64,000 nucleotides of DNA from Trichosphaerium sp. ATCC 40318 (taxonomy: Eukaryota; Protista; Tubulinea), in contig JALMLS010000420.1 in assembly GCA_038496445.1 (NCBI GenBank), positions 708,880 through 772,879 of the forward strand, in the 5' to 3' direction. Position 1 is the first letter of the stretch; the number at the start of each line of letters is the position of its first letter. This document shows, piece after piece, positions 59,322 to 64,000 of the stretch. Both the position numbers and the translations under genes were made by a program. Under the pieces are notes generated by a model, which ran no database searches, was not told the DNA's origin, and saw nothing but the letters and a program-made list of their open reading frames with translations.

Positions 59322-62314
59322 ATGTTACAACGTCACACAGTGTTTCTATTTCTCGCTATTGCACTTACGAATGTACGGTTTTGCTCTTTCCCAAAAACTT
59401 TCGCACTTCAGGTTAAACAATTCTCCTACACGGTTAAAATCAAGCCTATTATTACAACATAACGCTTGAAAACACGTGTTTACTAATGTCACAAGAAAAT
59501 TACAAGTTTGGTGGTTTTTTTTTTGAAGACCTTAGCGCTGTAAGCGCATCAAGCAAAGCTAAAACGCATGAATTTGAGAAACACTAAGTAATGTCCCACC
59601 CAATTTTTAATTTGTATTTATTAGGTGATTGTAGCGCAGCCCACAGCGCCTTCAGGTACCATAAAAACGCGGAACGAGAGCAAAAATTTATTTAATTTTT
59701 TGTCACAGCGCCTCTCGCTCCTGTTTCGCCAACACAAACGCCTACCGCTCCTGTTTCACCAACACCAACGCCTACCGCTCCTGTCTCGCCAACACAAGCG
59801 CCTACCGCTCCTGTCTCGCCAACACAAACGCCTACCGCTCCTGTATCACCAACATCAGAGCCCACTACTGTTACACCAACACAAATGCCAACTGCTCCTA
59901 CAATGGCTCCCGTTTCACCTACACCCGCACCTACTGTTGTGCCTACGCCGCCTGTTTCACCTACAGTAGCTCCTGTCGCTCCTACGCCTGCCCCAGTCTC
60001 TCCTACAAGTGCACCAACGCCTTCACCTGTAATAAGTTTCACGTGCTACATTTCACCACAAGGTTTGTCAACTGTACGTATCCGCGATCGTTTTTGTTTT
60101 ACATACGGCTAACCATTGCATACAATAGAACAATGGAACTAATGAATTCCCATTCTTTAACATCAGTGATTGTTTCAACTCTCGACCAAACTCTAGTGTT
60201 CTACAAGAAGCAATCGTCATCGCTTCTGGTATGTTTGTCAAATCACGCTTACAACACGTGATTTCTTGGTTTTAAGTCAACCTTATAAAACTTTGTAGGT
60301 GGCGTGTACAACTACACATCTCAACAAAAGGCTGTCATTTCGCGTCTGAATGTTACAAGTATCACAATAAAGTCCATAGGACTTAAAAGTGAGTTCCGTG
60401 GAGTAGGATTGGTACGAAAAACTTGTTTTAGATAAGAACTTACTCAGCAAAGGATCTTTGTTTTGATGCTTCTGTTGCACACATTATTGACTCCATTGAT
60501 GCTTATCCATTTAAAATATGCCCTAATGGGATTGCGAAGCTTGAGGACACTTTTAAAATTGTCAATAGTGTATTACGTGAAGGTAAGTTGTAATTACAAA
60601 AAAACCTAACTAAAAACCATACTTACTCCTTTTATTTAGTTCAAATTGACTTACCATTCATCAAGTCGTTCGAAGTAATAGACTCAGAAATAACTGATAA
60701 ACTATCCCTTGCGAAATTCCTAACACTAGAGATCATAATGGAAAATGTTAACATTACAAATTTTATTCTTTGTGCGCACATTTCGAAATGAGTTCACGTT
60801 CACTTTACACCTCTTTTTTTTTTTAATTCTCCTTGAGCTAACGTTTTCTTAACTAAAGCTACTCCCACTGGATGTTCTAAGCTAGATTTATATGGTGTCA
60901 TATCTACAAATGTTGCTTTCAGAACAGACTGCGATCAATGTACATTCTTGTTTGAAGTTTTGACATGATATGTAGCATGTGACTTACTCTTTACTAGCTA
61001 CTATCAGGTTGAGCTCTTTCACACAATCTAGCCTAGATTTGAGTCGGTCAATAAGCGTCTCAATCGATGAATCATCTTTCAGTAACTACATGGGTGGCTC
61101 CGACAATGTAAGTTGAAAAAAATAGAGAAAAACAGCTTTTTCCATGTCGTTGTATCTAACCTCCTTTGTTTGAAGCCTGTTTTGGTTTTAGCAAGTGCCA
61201 TACCAGAGAATTACACCATTTCAATCATAAACTCAATCTTTGCCGATAACGGGTACATTCAGAAACAATGCCCTTTTTGAAAATGCCGAAAACACGTGTT
61301 TCCAAGTTCATTTAACGTTTGTCTTGTATTAATGCTGTAACGTTCACAGGGTGGATTTCGAGGAACCAGTATATTCATCATATTATTCTACCATATTGTT
61401 TGGCAATGCTTTTTTCGATTCAGCAAACAATGCATCAATTGTTATTTCTGGATGTTCTTTCATAAACAACACTGCAATTTTAAAGAACACAACTATATTT
61501 GCTCCTCCTTTCGGAAGAGGTTCCAAAAAAAGACTTGATTGGCCTAACAACAGCACACTTGACTTTAATACTGAACCGAAAACTCCAAGTAAGATAACCT
61601 CTAGTGGTTCTCTGTTTAACTTATCATTTTTCTTAGCTTGTTTCCCTGGATCAGACACTTTATCAAAGAACGACACTTGCGTTCTATGTGACTATGGCCA
61701 GTACTCACCAAAAGGCGGTATGTGTCAGCCATGCCCTGCTGGTAATATTGCGAAACTACAAGGTCAAGATAAATGTGAACCTTGTCGCCCAGGACTATTC
61801 CAAAACGAAACGTACAACTGATTTAAACAGTTTTTTGACATTTAACTGATTTTGATACCTAGTGGACAAGGTAGATGCAATTCTTGTCCTCGATGGACTA
61901 TTGCTCCTGGTCTTGGTAGTATAACTTGCACATTATGTGGTCCCGGGAATTACACAATAGACAATTTGAAATGCACACCATGCCAAGCAGGTAAAAACTT
62001 TTTTTTGTTAAGTACCTCTTGACTTAAAGCAATCTAGGTTCTTACCAAACACCTCACGACTCAGATAGTGCCCTTGTATGTACTTCATGCCAATGGTTTG
62101 AAGGATCAAAGGAAGGCGCTGTAAAGTGTAATTGTACGCCATTTATTCTTTTATTTGCACATAAAGTAACTTGTTTTTTTTTATAGTTGGCAGCACAGTT
62201 ATCTATGTTGTTATTGCTGGTGGTATACTTATTGTAGCTGCTGTTATCTTGATTATTGTATACTGTACTTGCTGCAGAAAGAAAAAACGGCAAGGATACA
62301 TGCAAGTAGGATAG
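59322..62314 (+). CDS. Type I membrane protein: signal peptide, Pro/Thr mucin-like stalk, beta-helix-like region, Cys-rich CxxCxxG repeats, TM, GYxxPhi tail
   Basis: MLQRHTVFLFLAIALT; APVSPT repeats; ISGCSFINN; CVLCDYGQYS, CQPCPAG, CEPCRPG, CNSCPRG, CTPCQAG; TM then CCRKKKRQGYMQVG*. Confidence 0.75.
59716..59854 (+). repeat. 30-bp coding tandem repeat (about 4.6 copies) encoding APVSPTQTPT
   Basis: Unit CGCTCCTGTYTCRCCAACACMARCGCCTAC seen directly. Confidence 0.9.
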
Positions 62315-62937
62315 ACAAAAGCCCCTTCGGAGAGAGCAGTAGTTAACTGTAATTATTAATAAAGTGATTCATCCTTTCTTTCTTAAAATTCCACGGATTA
62401 AACTATATGTGTGTGCACTGCTACTATTTGGTCGGTCAGAACACCATCAAACAACTTTTGTTACCATACAATTTACCTGCAACAATTCTAGTTAAAAATC
62501 TTGTAGAAGTACAAAAAAGAGCCAGTATTACAGGTAGCTGCGGACCTACTAGGGTACTTAAACTGGTCATGGATAAGGCATGACTTTTTACCAATCGTTC
62601 TTATACCTTCGCCAGCCAGAACTACCACATAGTTCATCTTGGGATATTATTAAGGATCACTTACTGAACTATCTCCAACAGAGGTAGGCACTTTTTGGAG
62701 TACCATTTCTGTGGGACAAGTTTGGTGCTGTGCTATGGGTGCAATAACAACTGTGCTGCACCACAACCTCCATCAACTTTACCTCTACCACTGAAGCGCT
62801 AACCACTGTTATTCAAGCTTGTCTTGGAAGTAATTCGAAATCACTAGTTAGCAACATTTGAAAACAGGTTATTTGTTAAACATGAGAGAAGTCGATTGAC
62901 TTTTTTTTTTATGTAAACTCAATTATTTACACGTAAT

Positions 62938-64000
62938 ATGCAGCACACTGAACGGTAAGTCTTTACGTAAACGTCTCAGAGAAAAAGTAACGCTTTGTTA
63001 GGAATACCTCACCCCTTTATCTTCTATACCTCCCAATAGAACTCTTGACGCTAATACTACAACTATTACCCAGATTCATGCGATTTAGAGCATCAAACGT
63101 TTGTATGCTTTTATCAGAGATAATACACCTGCACGTAGGTTATACTTTCCTCAATATAACAGACCATCAAAGCCTTAACCTACTAAGAGACTCTCATTTG
63201 ATAAAAAACACTGAAATTAACTTAACATCGTTTACTGGCTTAAAAGATGAAGATTTAACGGGATTTGATGGAGCATATAAACTATGGCTTCGTAGTGTAC
63301 ATATAACAGATATTGGTCTTTCAAAAATATCACGTGTCAGAAGTTTATTACTTTGGAATTGCACTGGGATATCAGGAGAAGGTTTAAAAACTGTTTCTGG
63401 ACTTAAGGAGATAACAGTTTTAAGTTGCGATCAATTAGAACCTAGTAGCTATAAGGCTTTTGCTGAGCAGAAATAATTAGTTTGAATTGTTCAAATGTAA
63501 ATGATGAAGCTGTAAAAACATTCGCTGGTGTAAAGACTATAAAACTAATCGGTTGTAGATATATTACAGATTCCTCAATATATGCACTCTCAGGTGCACA
63601 TACAATACACCTAAGTTCAACTAATATAACAGACAAAGGTATAAAATCGCTTTTATCATCAAAGAAGAATAAGGGAAGTATTCGCAATATCTTACTTTCA
63701 GAGCTAAAAATAACAGATGAATCACTTTTTGCTTTGGGTTCTTATGTGTTCCTCACACTGTAGATATTTGTTGTTGTAAGAATATTACAGACATCGGTAT
63801 TTGTGCGCTAGAGGGCGTTCATACAATTGCATTGAGTTATACGAAAGTTGGAGATGAGGGATTGAGTGCTTTGAGCGGAGCTTATAGTATCACTATTGAT
63901 GATTGTAGTCGGGTACAGCCAAAGGGATTAAAGCTATTAGCGGCGTTCATTACATTAGTATGCGCCATAATAAGCAAGCAGGAGACGATTGGCTTCAGGC
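62938..64000 (+). pseudogene. F-box/LRR (AGVH family) gene with frameshifts, running off the window end
   Basis: MQHTER|NTSPLYLLYLPIELLTLILQLL F-box; LRRs FAGVKTIKL, LSGAHTIHL, LEGVHTIAL; frame breaks near 63470, 63745 and 63940. Confidence 0.75.

Noticed and set aside
59716-59854. 30-bp repeats as a CRISPR-like array
   Set aside because: Head-to-tail with no spacers; encodes a Pro/Thr stalk in frame
1-64000. Alternative genetic code or prokaryotic/viral origin to explain the fragmented ORFs
   Set aside because: Stops fall within GT/GC-AG introns; RPB5, myosin, MLH3 and metacaspase splice into intact standard-code proteins ending in TAA, TGA or TAG

Overview
AT-rich (about 36% GC by eye), gene-dense eukaryotic nuclear DNA, probably from a heterotrophic protist outside animals and fungi (it has a TSET/TWD40-2-type subunit, a type I metacaspase and an R2K ATP-grasp). 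Genes are broken by many short (about 40-90 nt) spliceosomal introns, mostly with GTACGY/GTAAGT/GTGCGT donors and YAG acceptors. The ORF track therefore shows only exon fragments, and I reconstructed gene models by hand in the standard code. Recognisable genes: PSI-lipase 3, GH5 endoglucanase-polyPro-ricin, nitrobindin-rhodanese fusion, Ser/Thr kinase, C-lobe-only pseudokinase, secreted RTX-like beta-roll protein, RPB5, C2-metacaspase, alpha/beta hydrolase, TWD40-2/TTRAY, CDC123/R2K ATP-grasp, a CNG-type channel with two cNMP domains, several F-box genes (LRR, HEAT, other; two decayed), MLH3, a split and overlapping HTTM/gamma-carboxylase-like pair, a class V/XI-like myosin, two inverted paralogues of a C2-like gene, a P450 pseudogene and several type I membrane proteins. 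The strongest candidates for undescribed systems are (1) the heme nitrobindin fused to a Cys-active rhodanese, a possible NO/sulfur crosstalk enzyme, and (2) the operon-like, same-strand overlapping HTTM gene pair. I recognised no rRNA, tRNA, CRISPR array or transposase. Family assignments come from motif recognition, not database searches.
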